64,000 nucleotides of DNA from a virus: IMG/VR virus record IMGVR_UViG_3300035670_000141, positions 1 through 64,000 of that record. One strand, 5' to 3'. Shown in pieces: positions 9,388-21,000 of the stretch. How positions within the stretch are numbered: the stretch's first letter is position 1; each line of letters begins with the position of its first letter. The notes beneath the pieces were generated by a model, which saw nothing but the letters and a program-made list of their open reading frames with translations, was not told the origin of the DNA and searched no databases. The position numbers were made by a program, and so were the translations under genes.

Positions 9388-9743
9388 ATCGGATCCCTCC
9401 TGCTGGTGCGTAATGCAACAGTAACTGGTCCCGTGGCGAGAAAATGATCATCCGCCTCGGTTGCGCCAGGTGGCCAGCCACCACAATCAAACCGATAAGT
9501 CCTGCCAGCTTTAAGCGCATTGACTAGATTTTCTGGAAAGATTAAATCTAGCACCCCGCTGAATGGTGTTGATCTTATCGTAACTGGCCATATATTGCGT
9601 CCACGCGCATCACTTACAGTTGCATTTATATCCCAATCAACAAAAGGCCATGGTTGAGTCCGTGCGGAATCAACCCAAAATCTAAGCGGGAGCAGGGCAT
9701 CTTTACCCTGCTCCATCTCCCAGGTTGTAGTCACCCAAGCCAT
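9384..9743 (-). CDS. putative fibre adaptor/baseplate protein
   Basis: Beta-rich ORF directly upstream of the fibre; late motif at 9764-9773. Confidence 0.55.
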   Translation of the reverse strand: MAWVTTTWEMEQGKDALLPLRFWVDSARTQPWPFVDWDINATVSDARGRNIWPVTIRSTPFSGVLDLIFPENLVNALKAGRTYRFDCGGWPPGATEADDHFLATGPVTVALRTSRRDPI

Positions 9744-9756
9744 GGTGCCACAAGTT

Positions 9757-10023
9757 CTAGCCTAGTTTTCCCGCGCTATTCTCTTCCTCCCATGCTTCAT
9801 TTTGTGGTGTTTCAGGATTGTCAGCAACAAACTTTCCTCCCTCCGTCCTAGCGCGACGCCTTGCTGATTGCCGCAAGTTAACCCTAGGCCTAAGATCTTC
9901 TTTTTGCTTATCTTCTTCCACGACTTCCGCTTCCGCTTGAGTCGCAACATCGGCCAAGCTTCTCACGAGTTGTTCATTTGCTTGCTGGCTAGCATGTGGA
10001 TCAAATGCAAAAGATTGCGTCAT
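9757..10023 (-). CDS. small capsid-region protein with RARTEGGKFVADNPETPQNEAW motif
   Basis: Position after the capsid genes; motif. Confidence 0.6.
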   Translation of the reverse strand: MTQSFAFDPHASQQANEQLVRSLADVATQAEAEVVEEDKQKEDLRPRVNLRQSARRRARTEGGKFVADNPETPQNEAWEEENSAGKLG

Positions 10024-10047
10024 GATGTTTCGTAGTGAACAGGTAAT

Positions 10048-10071
10048 AAAAAAGGGAGGATTTCTCCTCCC
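10048..10071 (-). terminator. intrinsic terminator after the capsid genes
   Basis: GGGAGGA-GAAA-TCCTCCC followed by T6 on the minus strand. Confidence 0.75.
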
Positions 10072-10094
10072 ACAATTCTAACGCAACATCACCA

Positions 10095-10589
10095 TCAAGC
10101 AGGTTGATAGTGAATCACAGCGCCAGTAGTGTTTGCAGGAACAGCAAGGCCATTTTGACCCTCTCCAGTGCCAGTACCAGCCACAAGACGAATGGCAACA
10201 ACACGTGGATCAACTGTAAGCGCAGGGGAAGCCGCAGCTTTCACCAATGTTTCAAGTTGCACCTTGGAAAAAATAGCTTCGCTTGGATTTTTTCCATTGA
10301 AAGAAATGCTGCCGATACGCACATATCCAGTAGGATTTGCATCGGCAAGTACACCACCAGTCGGTACATGGGCTACTTCAATAAAGTAGCCACCAGATGC
10401 ATTATCTAATGCACCAACAGCAACAATCAACGCATTAGGTTGACCATTCAATTTGTCTTGGATTAATCGCGCAGCGCCAGTGCGCGTTTCAGCCAAAACA
10501 CCTTCTCCATCGCGGACACTTCCAAAAAGAACGTTTTCGCGGCTACGAAGATAGGGACGTTGAAGGAAAATTCCAGTGGGGCGAGACAT
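10095..10589 (-). CDS. putative capsid decoration protein
   Basis: Directly after the major capsid gene; beta-rich. Confidence 0.55.
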   Translation of the reverse strand: MSRPTGIFLQRPYLRSRENVLFGSVRDGEGVLAETRTGAARLIQDKLNGQPNALIVAVGALDNASGGYFIEVAHVPTGGVLADANPTGYVRIGSISFNGKNPSEAIFSKVQLETLVKAAASPALTVDPRVVAIRLVAGTGTGEGQNGLAVPANTTGAVIHYQPA

Positions 10590-10624
10590 GAGTTACCTCA
10601 GATAGGGTTGACAATGATCACAAA

Positions 10625-11581
10625 TCAGGCAGTGATGTCTGCCAATGTGATACCAGACAAAGACGCAATTGAGTTGGGATCTTCTACCACGGCGCCGCAG
10701 TGCCAGGTGAAGCGCGTAGCCCGCGTGGCTGTAACAAACGACTCTGGTAAGTCGTAAATCACAAGCCCACTGGTTAATTCAGTGTTTTCGTTGAAGGCCG
10801 GGCCTTGAATACCACTGGTAAAGCCTTCGCCGAGGCGAACACAGTAGATAGTGGTTGTACTATTGGCTTCAGTGAAGGGCTGAATCGGAAGGTTGTCATC
10901 CCGAACATCAGTCTCAATCAGTGGTATGCCGTCATACATCTGAGCGGATCGACCAAGTTGGTCGATGCCTTGAATGTATAAACCAGACACACCAATGTTT
11001 CGCACTGCAGATCCAAATTTGGTTTTCAATTTTTTGGGAAGGATTATTACCTTCTCATCATTTGGACCATCTACTTCAGCAATAAGTTCATCGAGTTTGC
11101 TAAGCTTAAGGCCTGCACCTCCTGAGGCATTAACTAATTGCTGAGAAGCTGGAATCTGCTTCCTGATGCCGTCCATTTCGCGGCCGCCACTTACTGCATC
11201 ATCTCCATTAAGGAAGTCATTTTCAATAGCGAGGCGTAATGATTGAACAGCAGCCGCAACCTGTCTGTTATGAGTGCTAGCACCAATCAGGGCAAGCTTA
11301 GATGCGTCAGTTCTAATATCATGACTGTAAATATGCACATTTTGTGCGCCAGTCACGCTAGTGCCCTGACCACGCTCAGATCCTTCATCAAACAGACGAG
11401 CTTTCACCTTTGGAAGTTCATCTTGCTGGGCAAAGTTATATGTCATCCCAGGAATGTTCACCCAGGGAATCAAGCCAGCAAGCGGGCCATTTCGCAGGAT
11501 TTGCAATGCAGCAAGCTCAAGCGCAGGTGCTCCGAGTTGAGCACGGGTCTCAAAATGAGACCAAAGAGTAGTGGAAGACAT
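10625..11581 (-). CDS. major capsid protein (HK97 fold)
   Basis: 318 aa after the scaffold; FLNGD...EMDGIRK and LSKLDELI motifs. Confidence 0.85.
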   Translation of the reverse strand: MSSTTLWSHFETRAQLGAPALELAALQILRNGPLAGLIPWVNIPGMTYNFAQQDELPKVKARLFDEGSERGQGTSVTGAQNVHIYSHDIRTDASKLALIGASTHNRQVAAAVQSLRLAIENDFLNGDDAVSGGREMDGIRKQIPASQQLVNASGGAGLKLSKLDELIAEVDGPNDEKVIILPKKLKTKFGSAVRNIGVSGLYIQGIDQLGRSAQMYDGIPLIETDVRDDNLPIQPFTEANSTTTIYCVRLGEGFTSGIQGPAFNENTELTSGLVIYDLPESFVTATRATRFTWHCGAVVEDPNSIASLSGITLADITA

Positions 11582-11750
11582 TTGGTACAGTTAGCGAGAA
11601 AAGATGTGTCACCACCGAAAATTGCATCTTCGCAAGCATCGCGCTATTGAATACAGCAACCACGGGAATGCCTTCTGATTTCGCATCAAAAAGCGGATAG
11701 ATTTGGCATCGCGCCTCACCTATCCGCAGTTTTCCCGGTTTAATTTTTTG

Positions 11751-12575
11751 TCATCTCATGCCATAGTGCTGATCCAGTAAATCATTGGGATTGGCTTTTC
11801 TTAACTCATCCAGGCTACGGGTTTGAACCGTGCGGATATTTCGTGCGCCTGCAATACCGCCTGACCCTTCACCTGATTTGCTCTGAAAATACTGAGCCAC
11901 AATAGGCGACTTGTCCGCAATATCATCAAGCCACTTGGCTGGATCGACTGGCTTGCCGTCCTCAGTGATTGGATCACCATCACGATCAACTACCACTAGG
12001 TCATTAGTTTTGTTGTCCCATTTGAGATGTTTTTTTCCGTGAACATCCCACCATGCATCAAACGATGTTGTGCCTAACACGGGATCAACTTCATCTAGTC
12101 CCTTATTTAGGCGAAAAATGGCTTGTGCTTTGGTTTGAGTTAACAAATCAATTCGAGCACGTTCGGCTATCTCGGCAGTTTGCCTAGCAGCGCGAACTTC
12201 AGAATCAGCCTTCTCGCGAATGCGCTTTGTCGCCTCAGCAGTTTCTCTCTCTTGTCGATCAAGATCCTCCTTGAGTTTTGCAGCCTGCGCTAGCGTTTGT
12301 TTATACAATTCAGGGTTGATATTAGCAACTTGCTTAAGTTGCTCCTTGAGTTGCGCTAATTCGCGTTCATGCTGCTTTCGCGCTTGCCGTTCTCGGCGCA
12401 GCGCTTCCTTTCCGCTGTCTCCTAATGATTCGTCATCAAGATCACTACTTTCATCAATAGGTGCCTCAGTGTTGCCACCACCGCCATCAGGTTGCTCGCT
12501 TGCTGGGGCGTCATCAATCCAGGGATTAGGTAGATCCTCGGCAAAGGGGAGTCTGTGTTGCCAAGAGAATTTCAT
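11751..12575 (-). CDS. capsid scaffolding protein
   Basis: LGDSGKEALRRERQARK coiled coil, acidic N-terminus, GSGG tail. Confidence 0.8.
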   Translation of the reverse strand: MKFSWQHRLPFAEDLPNPWIDDAPASEQPDGGGGNTEAPIDESSDLDDESLGDSGKEALRRERQARKQHERELAQLKEQLKQVANINPELYKQTLAQAAKLKEDLDRQERETAEATKRIREKADSEVRAARQTAEIAERARIDLLTQTKAQAIFRLNKGLDEVDPVLGTTSFDAWWDVHGKKHLKWDNKTNDLVVVDRDGDPITEDGKPVDPAKWLDDIADKSPIVAQYFQSKSGEGSGGIAGARNIRTVQTRSLDELRKANPNDLLDQHYGMR

Positions 12576-12760
12576 GAAAAAATCGGTGAATCGCTCAGCC
12601 GATATAAGGGCTCTCTAGTTTTCCCGATCGCTAACTTTTTACCTGTCTTATTGCTTCTTTGATTATGCGAGTTTCTTCGTCACGACTTTTTAACCGTGCT
12701 CTATTCGCAAGGGATAACAAGGCTGATATTTCTACTATTGAATCGTTTTCCGATTGATTG

Positions 12761-14050
12761 CTAGAGGTCTGCATAGTTAATACTAGAAAATGAGAATAAT
12801 ATGTTTTCATTGTATATCACTGTGGTATTCCCTACGCCGTTACTTGATTCACCTGGACTATCGGCATCTGGTCCTGCAGATGGCGCTTCAACTAAATAAA
12901 GTACATATAAAGATCCAAGCCTAATTTTAACATGATTTACTTGGTTAAACTGAGGCATCTCATACATGACAGTAAACAACCCTCTTAGCGATAGCGGAAG
13001 ACTATTGGTATTTATGAGCTTAATACCTGTTCCAGATCTACCTGGCAACCGTATTCCAGATTCATAAGAAATTGTCCCTATTGTTTCATTTGAATAATAA
13101 GTAGTCCTGGAAATTAAAGATAAATATGATGTAGAAGCAGCAATTTTAGCGATTGTTCCATTGATTGAAACTGAATTGATTAAGTCAAACAATTGTGCGT
13201 CACTATTACCAGTGTCTACTGTTATAGCAGTGTCGGTCTGCATTACTAATTCATTGCTATTTTGATCGAGTACAAAATAACTACTGACGCCATTTCCTGA
13301 GCCCTTGTAGGATCCTGTAGATTTATATGTCATATAAAAATACACTTTTTTAGTGGTTGAAGTTGGTGCAAACAGTGAAATATCTACTGAATAATTATTT
13401 GCACTATTACTTGATTCACGAGAAGAAAAAGCTGTGGAAAAATTTTGCGTACCTGCAATCGAATGTTTTAATAGTATTTCTAATTTAGATCGTGCATCCG
13501 TAACAATTTCAATGAAGCGTGGCTGTGTTTTTTGATCATTTATTTCTGATTCCGATAATTGAACTTCGTATGGACTAGGCTTTAATTCTCCCAGATTCTC
13601 TATACTATCGGTTTTATCGACATAAGCAATAGGTTGTTTTGTTATTGGAAACAAAAAATATAAAAACTGTTTGTAATAACGCTTTAGCATGTCAGTGCTT
13701 TTTGACACTGCTATTGTATAGTTGTATTCTTGGCTGAATACTTTTCTCCACAAAGCTAGACCTACAAGGGATATACTGCCGCTTTCATTTCCAATTGATT
13801 CTACAATTACCCAAGAAAATGGGGTTTCACTTGATTTTGGAAGTGATGCGGTTAGGCTTGGATATTCATTCACCGCACGTTGTTGCTCTTCAATGATTTG
13901 TTGATTTGCAACAATAGGATCGCTCAGTATCTTATTGTTGATCTTGTTTTGTCGTTCTCTAATTGATAACTTATTCCTATTGGCAGCCTGAGTAATTCTT
14001 GCCGCTTCCAGCAATTCAGGCGGAAGATCGATGCCAATTTTTGTGGTCAT
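12761..14050 (-). CDS. virion structural protein
   Basis: End of the tail operon; S/T-rich. Confidence 0.55.
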   Translation of the reverse strand: MTTKIGIDLPPELLEAARITQAANRNKLSIRERQNKINNKILSDPIVANQQIIEEQQRAVNEYPSLTASLPKSSETPFSWVIVESIGNESGSISLVGLALWRKVFSQEYNYTIAVSKSTDMLKRYYKQFLYFLFPITKQPIAYVDKTDSIENLGELKPSPYEVQLSESEINDQKTQPRFIEIVTDARSKLEILLKHSIAGTQNFSTAFSSRESSNSANNYSVDISLFAPTSTTKKVYFYMTYKSTGSYKGSGNGVSSYFVLDQNSNELVMQTDTAITVDTGNSDAQLFDLINSVSINGTIAKIAASTSYLSLISRTTYYSNETIGTISYESGIRLPGRSGTGIKLINTNSLPLSLRGLFTVMYEMPQFNQVNHVKIRLGSLYVLYLVEAPSAGPDADSPGESSNGVGNTTVIYNENILFSFSSINYADL

Positions 14051-14469
14051 CAGATCGGACTAACTGTAATGTCATTTGCAAGAAGTCTTATCTTATACGG
14101 TTGGCTAACGCCTGGCGCAAGTGTAATGGTTGATGGTTCAATAAATAAACCACTTATTGATGTGCTTGTCCCAAACACAAGATACACTCTATTATAGCTA
14201 AAGCCACTGCCTGATGCCGTGAAAGTAGCGGTAATTTCAGGCGATTGAAACATTGCGATAGTATTGTCATAACTCCCGGCGCCAGGAGTGAATGAATACC
14301 TAGCATAACCATTTGTCGATGGTAGCTCAACCGCGTCCCATTCTGCTGTTGTTGAATTAACTGTTAGGCTGCTATCAAAGGCCAGACATAGCCTGGCAGG
14401 AACGTTTTGATACGCTAAACTATAAGCTCTTCCTAATTCAAAGTTGCTCCACTGAAAAACAGATGCCAT
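14050..14469 (-). CDS. tail/baseplate protein
   Basis: ELPSTNGYAR...TFTASG motif common in tail proteins. Confidence 0.6.
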   Translation of the reverse strand: MASVFQWSNFELGRAYSLAYQNVPARLCLAFDSSLTVNSTTAEWDAVELPSTNGYARYSFTPGAGSYDNTIAMFQSPEITATFTASGSGFSYNRVYLVFGTSTSISGLFIEPSTITLAPGVSQPYKIRLLANDITVSPI

Positions 14470-14498
14470 TTTACTAATCCTTTGTGCTAATTTTCCCG

Positions 14499-17351
14499 TT
14501 ATGGGTTGGGGAATGACGTGGGGGGAGTGAAGTTTTCTGTATAAACTTCGTCAAGCGTGATTCTGATCGGTCCTATCCTACCACTAAAATCATAATCAGA
14601 GAACATTAGCCCATTAGGATCAAATCGTCCAATTGATAACTTATCAGGCTGAGCACCACCAATAGATGTGCCAGTAGTTGGGATATATTCATCACCCAAA
14701 ACACCATCAATGTACGTCTTAAGTTCATCGGTGCTTCCATTGTAAACCATAGCAAAATGCACCCTAGTATTTGCAACGGCTTGGATGCCGATAGAATACA
14801 AATCAGGAACACCAACCGCCCAGTTTCCTTCTGATATGCCTAAATTAAAGAAATCAAGAACCGATCCAGTAGTGTTCAGCAATGATAAAATTCCTAGCGT
14901 ATTAAATTCATCTATATTGGTACCATCAGGTGTCAAGAATCCTTCTATTGTCCACCTATCATTAGTGCCATCCGGTAGTGACAACGCTGATCCACTGGCC
15001 AATAAATAATCACCATTTCCATCTAATAAAAGCTCGTTATTGTTGATTTGTGCATTTCCGTATGCTGTTACGGGGATTGCATTAGCGCTTAGATCAGTGA
15101 ATGTTGTACTACCATTGCTTCCGGTCATTTGTAGCAAGAATACAATTGATAGTGTGCTTTCTGGATCACCTTGTATTGCCCCTACTTGCACGCCACCAAC
15201 AAGATACCTTGTCTCCAATTCGGGCGCTGTCATGACGCCAACATTCACGCCACCATAAAGGTAGATCGCCAAATTATCACGAGGCATGGCTTCAATTGTT
15301 GCACCAATGTTTACACCACCATCTAGAAATAGTGTCTCACTATAGGGTTGAATTATTGCTGATGGATTCAATGTTGCGGCAAATACTGGCGGTTGATTGG
15401 TCGGCAAAAGTGCAAACAATGTACTTAAATTTACATTCAACGGATCAAACCCTTCTGGGATTGCAATTGCATTAGGAGGAAGCGGATTATTGTTTGTTGT
15501 TACTACATTTAATGCTGGCAATGAAGATACGCCAGGAGCCAAGGGAAACCATGCGTTATTTATATTGCCATCAATTGCACCCCAAAACAAAGCATCAATT
15601 GACACCACAATTCCTTCAGTGCTTATAGTCCACGTCATTCCATTTACTCTATATGCTGCTGTGCAATCATTAAACCTAAGATAAAACAAGTCAAACGGTG
15701 CTACCGGCGCATCAATTAGACGAATCTGTATCCCTGCTCCTGATCTATTTGCAAGTAATAATTTATTCTCGATTCGAGCATAATTTAACGCTTTTTGCGG
15801 TGCATCTGATAGCGTTAAAGTCCATACAGTAGATCCATTAACAATAGTTTTTGTAAATTTATCATCTGGTGTATAAGGTGGAGATAATTCCAGCCTAGTT
15901 TGTGTTGTTGCCGATCCTGTATCCCATACAAAATTAGTTACTTGAACACTTGGCGGTTCTTTTTGATCTTGACTGCGATTACGCTCTTGTTGACTTGGCC
16001 TACGTCTAAATCCAAATTCTCTCTCTGTTCTTATATTTATTTCGCTCCCATATTCAGTCAATGAACCCGCTATATTTAACAATACAAACACATCCGTATC
16101 AAATGTGCTTTTTTGTATCGCATCACTTCCAAATGGTGTATTAACAAATGGTACAAAATTTCTTGTTGTTGTTTTTGTTATGCCGGATGTGACATCCCTA
16201 TCAAATTCAACAATTCTTCTTGAGCTTATGTACGTCCCAAGAGCCCTAAAGTCCTGGACAGATCCTTCAAATCCGCATGATCCTGCAATATCAGCTCTCG
16301 GAGAAGTTTGCTCAAATGATTCTCTTATTACAATCGTATCATCAGGCTTAAGGACTTTTGGATATATTATATTACTACCTGGCGCAGCGCTGATTGGTGT
16401 TTTGTATTCATATTCTGTAGTGCCAATAGTTTGCCCCATCAAGCCGGTAGTGGTTTCAACCCTTTTAACTAACCTATCTTTTAGATCATAACTTGATACA
16501 CTAACTCTTGATGTAGTAAATGTACCGCGTTCTATCTTGTCCGGTCCTGAATGAATATATTGCTGTATGCTTAAACTTTCTTCTCTTTCCCAATTGCGCT
16601 GCTTTATTTTGTTTTCATCATTTGCATTAGGGTCTGGTGGCTTAAGTTGTGTGGTTTGATATGATGCATAAACAGCTTCAGCCGGTAACTCGCCAATTGT
16701 TTGTGGTGTTAAATCTATGATTTGTTGTTCTGTCAGTAGTGGCGCAACAGCAAGGCCTTGATTCAAGGATATAAATACAACTTGTTCATCTTCATTCAAT
16801 CTACAACGAAAACATTCTGATTCTGCAATTTTTGCTAATTCTTGGACATATCCAGCACTCAGGTCCCACTCATCTGCAATTCGTTGATTCGTGAATGGAA
16901 TAGCGGATGCAGCAGTTAAGCCTAATTGTTCTAGTATTGCGCTCGTAACAAATGCGGCAGAAATAGTTAGTGTTCGATATGCTCTTTCTATCGCTGTTAT
17001 TGCAGGATTTGATTCTGCTACATTTGGATTTTTTAATGGTGCTTTTCTGTTTTCAAAATATGCAAACTTACATCCGACTGATACTGTTGTGACGCCTCTT
17101 AGTGGATCTGCAAAGCTGCTTAACACACGTAACTTACGAGGGATGCGACTGATCCATCTTTGACCATCGCTCGCCGCTAGATATACTACATCACCCGGAT
17201 TAGGGCGATAAAGACCCTGCAGGTTAATTGTGCCCGTAACTTTAATCACGCCGCCTCCAGACCCCTGTAGATAAGACTCAGACAACGTCGAAGCGTCCGC
17301 CGATAAAGGCCCTAGATTGCACCATGCCCATGATCTGGTATCAACAGCCAT
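14499..17351 (-). CDS. tail hub/tip protein with C-terminal LamG domain
   Basis: Downstream of the tape measure gene; C-terminal GSNGSTTFTDLS...DGNGDYL...WTIE...FTPPT. Confidence 0.7.
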   Translation of the reverse strand: MAVDTRSWAWCNLGPLSADASTLSESYLQGSGGGVIKVTGTINLQGLYRPNPGDVVYLAASDGQRWISRIPRKLRVLSSFADPLRGVTTVSVGCKFAYFENRKAPLKNPNVAESNPAITAIERAYRTLTISAAFVTSAILEQLGLTAASAIPFTNQRIADEWDLSAGYVQELAKIAESECFRCRLNEDEQVVFISLNQGLAVAPLLTEQQIIDLTPQTIGELPAEAVYASYQTTQLKPPDPNANDENKIKQRNWEREESLSIQQYIHSGPDKIERGTFTTSRVSVSSYDLKDRLVKRVETTTGLMGQTIGTTEYEYKTPISAAPGSNIIYPKVLKPDDTIVIRESFEQTSPRADIAGSCGFEGSVQDFRALGTYISSRRIVEFDRDVTSGITKTTTRNFVPFVNTPFGSDAIQKSTFDTDVFVLLNIAGSLTEYGSEINIRTEREFGFRRRPSQQERNRSQDQKEPPSVQVTNFVWDTGSATTQTRLELSPPYTPDDKFTKTIVNGSTVWTLTLSDAPQKALNYARIENKLLLANRSGAGIQIRLIDAPVAPFDLFYLRFNDCTAAYRVNGMTWTISTEGIVVSIDALFWGAIDGNINNAWFPLAPGVSSLPALNVVTTNNNPLPPNAIAIPEGFDPLNVNLSTLFALLPTNQPPVFAATLNPSAIIQPYSETLFLDGGVNIGATIEAMPRDNLAIYLYGGVNVGVMTAPELETRYLVGGVQVGAIQGDPESTLSIVFLLQMTGSNGSTTFTDLSANAIPVTAYGNAQINNNELLLDGNGDYLLASGSALSLPDGTNDRWTIEGFLTPDGTNIDEFNTLGILSLLNTTGSVLDFFNLGISEGNWAVGVPDLYSIGIQAVANTRVHFAMVYNGSTDELKTYIDGVLGDEYIPTTGTSIGGAQPDKLSIGRFDPNGLMFSDYDFSGRIGPIRITLDEVYTENFTPPTSFPNP

Positions 17352-18088
17352 CAGCGTATTTTAATGATTTTTAAGTTTACATCATACGTTGTATTTCCAA
17401 ACCTAGTCTTAGCTACAGGCTTTTGATAACTCACGGGGAACCATGTATTAACTGCTGGTGTTGATGCCGTTACGGTATTGATCCATGTTTCAAGATTGTT
17501 CTTATTTGTTTCTGTAACCCATCCTTCAATTTCCTTTGATTCTTGTAATGTTAACTTTCCTGTAATCACATGCACGCCTGCAGGATTGCGCGTTGGTTGT
17601 GGTAACTCATCAAATGTAACGGGATAACTTAATAGGTTAATTACAGCGGTTCCAAGTGTAATTGTACCTAAATTCATTCCATCTTCATCTGTATCATCAC
17701 GCTCTTCTAATAAAACTTGAAGCGCTTGTGTTGCATCAACAAAATCAACAGATACCCTAACAAAAATACCTGCATCTTGTATCCTTGGGGCATTATCAAT
17801 CCAACATGCTTTATTTATCCACGAAAACCCAACACCAGATCCCGAAACCGCAACGGTCGCACCAAGCGCACCAGTTTTTTGTGGATCTTCTTCCGTGATC
17901 TTTACGTTTCTCCATGCTCTGAATAAATTCAGTAATGCTTCAGCATCTGCCCTTAACATAAATCCTTCTATTGACAACACTTCTGATGTGCGTCCACGTC
18001 TTGTATTTGCTTCATTAAAGCTAAATGGAGCCTTAACTAAGCGATCTTGTATTTCTACCGTATGAGTAGAATAGCTAACCGTAATCAT
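17351..18088 (-). CDS. distal tail-like protein
   Basis: Immediately after the tape measure gene. Confidence 0.55.
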   Translation of the reverse strand: MITVSYSTHTVEIQDRLVKAPFSFNEANTRRGRTSEVLSIEGFMLRADAEALLNLFRAWRNVKITEEDPQKTGALGATVAVSGSGVGFSWINKACWIDNAPRIQDAGIFVRVSVDFVDATQALQVLLEERDDTDEDGMNLGTITLGTAVINLLSYPVTFDELPQPTRNPAGVHVITGKLTLQESKEIEGWVTETNKNNLETWINTVTASTPAVNTWFPVSYQKPVAKTRFGNTTYDVNLKIIKIR

Positions 18089-18090
18089 GG

Positions 18091-21000
18091 TTAAAACCCT
18101 CCTGTAGTGCGTAATAACCTTGCATTGCTTGGAATAGGTACCGTAATACTCCAATCCTTAGATGCTAATTTATCAATGCTTTTTTGTAACTTACCCATGG
18201 CTAAAGTTTGTCTCATCATCCTATCAGTTATATCGCCTGACATGCCAATAGAATAAGCAATGCGATCTAATCTACCGCCGGTACCGGCTGATCCCCTGCC
18301 CGACCCACCTGGCAGTAGACCAGCGCTTGCTAAGTATTCTGATACATTCGCAGGGATAACCATACCTTTTGATGGTGGTCGCCAAAGTGAATTTGCTGGG
18401 CGGTTAATCCATGATAATTGGCCAGAGTCAGACAGGAAGCTTTCTCTTCCTATTTCATTGATAATCCAATCTTTATTTGGTGTCACATCCCCACCCGCAA
18501 AACGAGCACCACCTAAATTAACAAGTTCAGAGAATACATTATTCCTTCTTGATTGTTGATTCATCAGCAAGTTATCGCGTTCTATCCTATTGATTTGCTG
18601 TAATGTTTTTAACTTTTCATTTTGAAATTTAACATCCATTGAACTTAAATTAAGCGCTTCCTCTTGTATTTTTGCCATGTCCATTAGCTCCTTTCTTTCT
18701 TGTGCTGCAAGGTTTGGATCTTTACTCTTTGCAAGTGTTCTTTTTAGTTCAATTGCAGCTTGATAATTTAAGAACCTAGATTGAGCAGATCTTGATTCTT
18801 GATCTATAATCGCCATTCGCTGCTTAAGATCTAAAGATACCATTTCAATTCTTTCTTGCTCCTGCAAGCCAGCTAGCTCAATCTCCTTGGCCCTGATCGC
18901 TTCCTTGGATGCTCTATTTTTTAGGCTTGCGATATAAGCTTCTTGCCGTGCGATTTGATTAGAAATTCCAACGCGATCATCCTTGCCGTTTGTTTTTTCT
19001 AATCCTGATTGCAGGCTAGAAAGTACAGCCTGAGCATCTGCAATATCACGATTGATAAATGCACCACTCACGGCAAATTCAGATCTTATCAATTCTTGAC
19101 GTGCCCTTATTTGTTCTGTAATTGCTTGAACAAGTTGCATCTCAATATCATACCCATTCTTTGATTGCTCACGACTTTGATTTTCTATATCAAGTCGTTT
19201 TGACGCAAGATCAACCATTGTTGAATAAGACTCAACTTCACTTGCAATTTGTTCACTTACGGCCTTTGCCGTGGCAAGTCTATTTTCCGCAAGTGACTTA
19301 TCTAAACTTGCGATTTGCGCTCTTAATCCTAATCCTTCTTGTGATTCAGGATCAACAAGTGCAAGTTGCCGCTGCTTTGATACTTTTTCTCTTTCTATTG
19401 CAACTCGATCAATATAACGTAACTCATTTTCATATTGTTGTGTCGTAATCTCTTTTTCTGCTAAGCGGTTAGAAACAATTGCAAGGTATTCGGCTTTTTG
19501 CACTTGAATTAACGACAATTCCTTTTCTAAGGATGCTTGCCTGCTTTGTTCAATTAGTGGAATTTTCTTCTCTTCAATCTCCGTCAGTTGTGCTCGCAAT
19601 GATGTAGTGCTTTCGCGCTTAGCTTCACGTGCAGCAATTTCATTTAACTTTGCTAATTTCTCTGCTTCTAATTGTTGCAATTGAACGAGCCTTATGTTTT
19701 CTTCCGCTTGAGACTTAGTAATCTTTCCTGCGGCCAGTTGTTCAGTTGCTGCGGCTTTTGTGCCCTCAACTAATTTTTTGTAAAACTCAAGTTGAGTAAT
19801 GGACTTATCCTTTTCTGATTCTGCAACTTTATTGATCCTATCTGCATTGCTGATTTGCTCTTTTTGCAGCTTAAGTCTTTCATTTGTCAAGATAAGTAGA
19901 TCTTTCTCTAGTTCATTGCGTTGTTGTGCCGTTAGATTAGTATTTTCTAACTGGCGTTCAATTGCAGCCTGAGCAAGCAATACTTCTTCGGAATTTACAT
20001 CAACTTTTATCCTGGCTTTCAATCCTTCTATCCTTTGCTGTATCACGCCTAATTCTTTATCAATAGCTGTCCTATCAGTCTTTGCGGTAATTGGTAGCTT
20101 TGTCGCAGCAAGTTTTAATTCATTCACTTTATTGCTTAACTTTTGTATTTCTGTCGCGTCTCTTTTTGCGGCTTCTCCTACGATATTTTCTATCTTTCCC
20201 CTCTCAATTTCTTTGTAAATATCACGAATCCTCTCAGCGGCTTCAATTTGGGCAAGTTGTAATGATTCGCCCGCTTCACCTGTTTTTGTGCCATAAAACG
20301 AAGGCACTGCCGATGATATTCCTTGCACAATACTAGATTGCTTCATCAGCATTGACGGCAAGATCAATGGAAATACAATCGGGATTGATTGATCCTTAAC
20401 AGTATTGGATGGTCTACCACCAAATGCAGCTGGGCCACCAAGTTGCCAATTTGCCTTTAACTTACTTCTTAGTTCTTCAACTTGACTTTCAGCTTTTTGC
20501 AGATCTAATTTTATCTCCAAGGGTCCCTTAAGCGATTGCAGTTTTACTGATAATTTTTCAATGCGATCTTCGGCTATTTTAGTATCAAGGCCAAGCTCTT
20601 TTCCTTCTTCTACTTGTGATTGCAAAGATGTAATTTCATCCTCAAGACCCTTTGTTTCTTCACTTAATTTTCTTACTTCATCGCTTGTAATTTTGATCTG
20701 TGATCCTATACCAGCATAAGCAGCAATGCCAGCGCTAAGGCTTAAAATTGCCGTCAAAATAGGTGGCACCTTAAATGTGCTTAATGTTCTAAATGTTGCA
20801 ACTGCAGCAGCAAGGCTTGTCATCGTTTGCAACAATGATCTTGATGCCTCGTCTGTTTCTTTTATTGCTCCTGTAAATACAGCTAATGCGGCGGCGGCGC
20901 CAATTACGAGAGTTGCAGTTCCACCTATTGATGCCACACTAGCAGCGGCCATTTTTGCGTTTGACGCTAACAATGCCCACCCACCTGTTTGGCCAACAAC

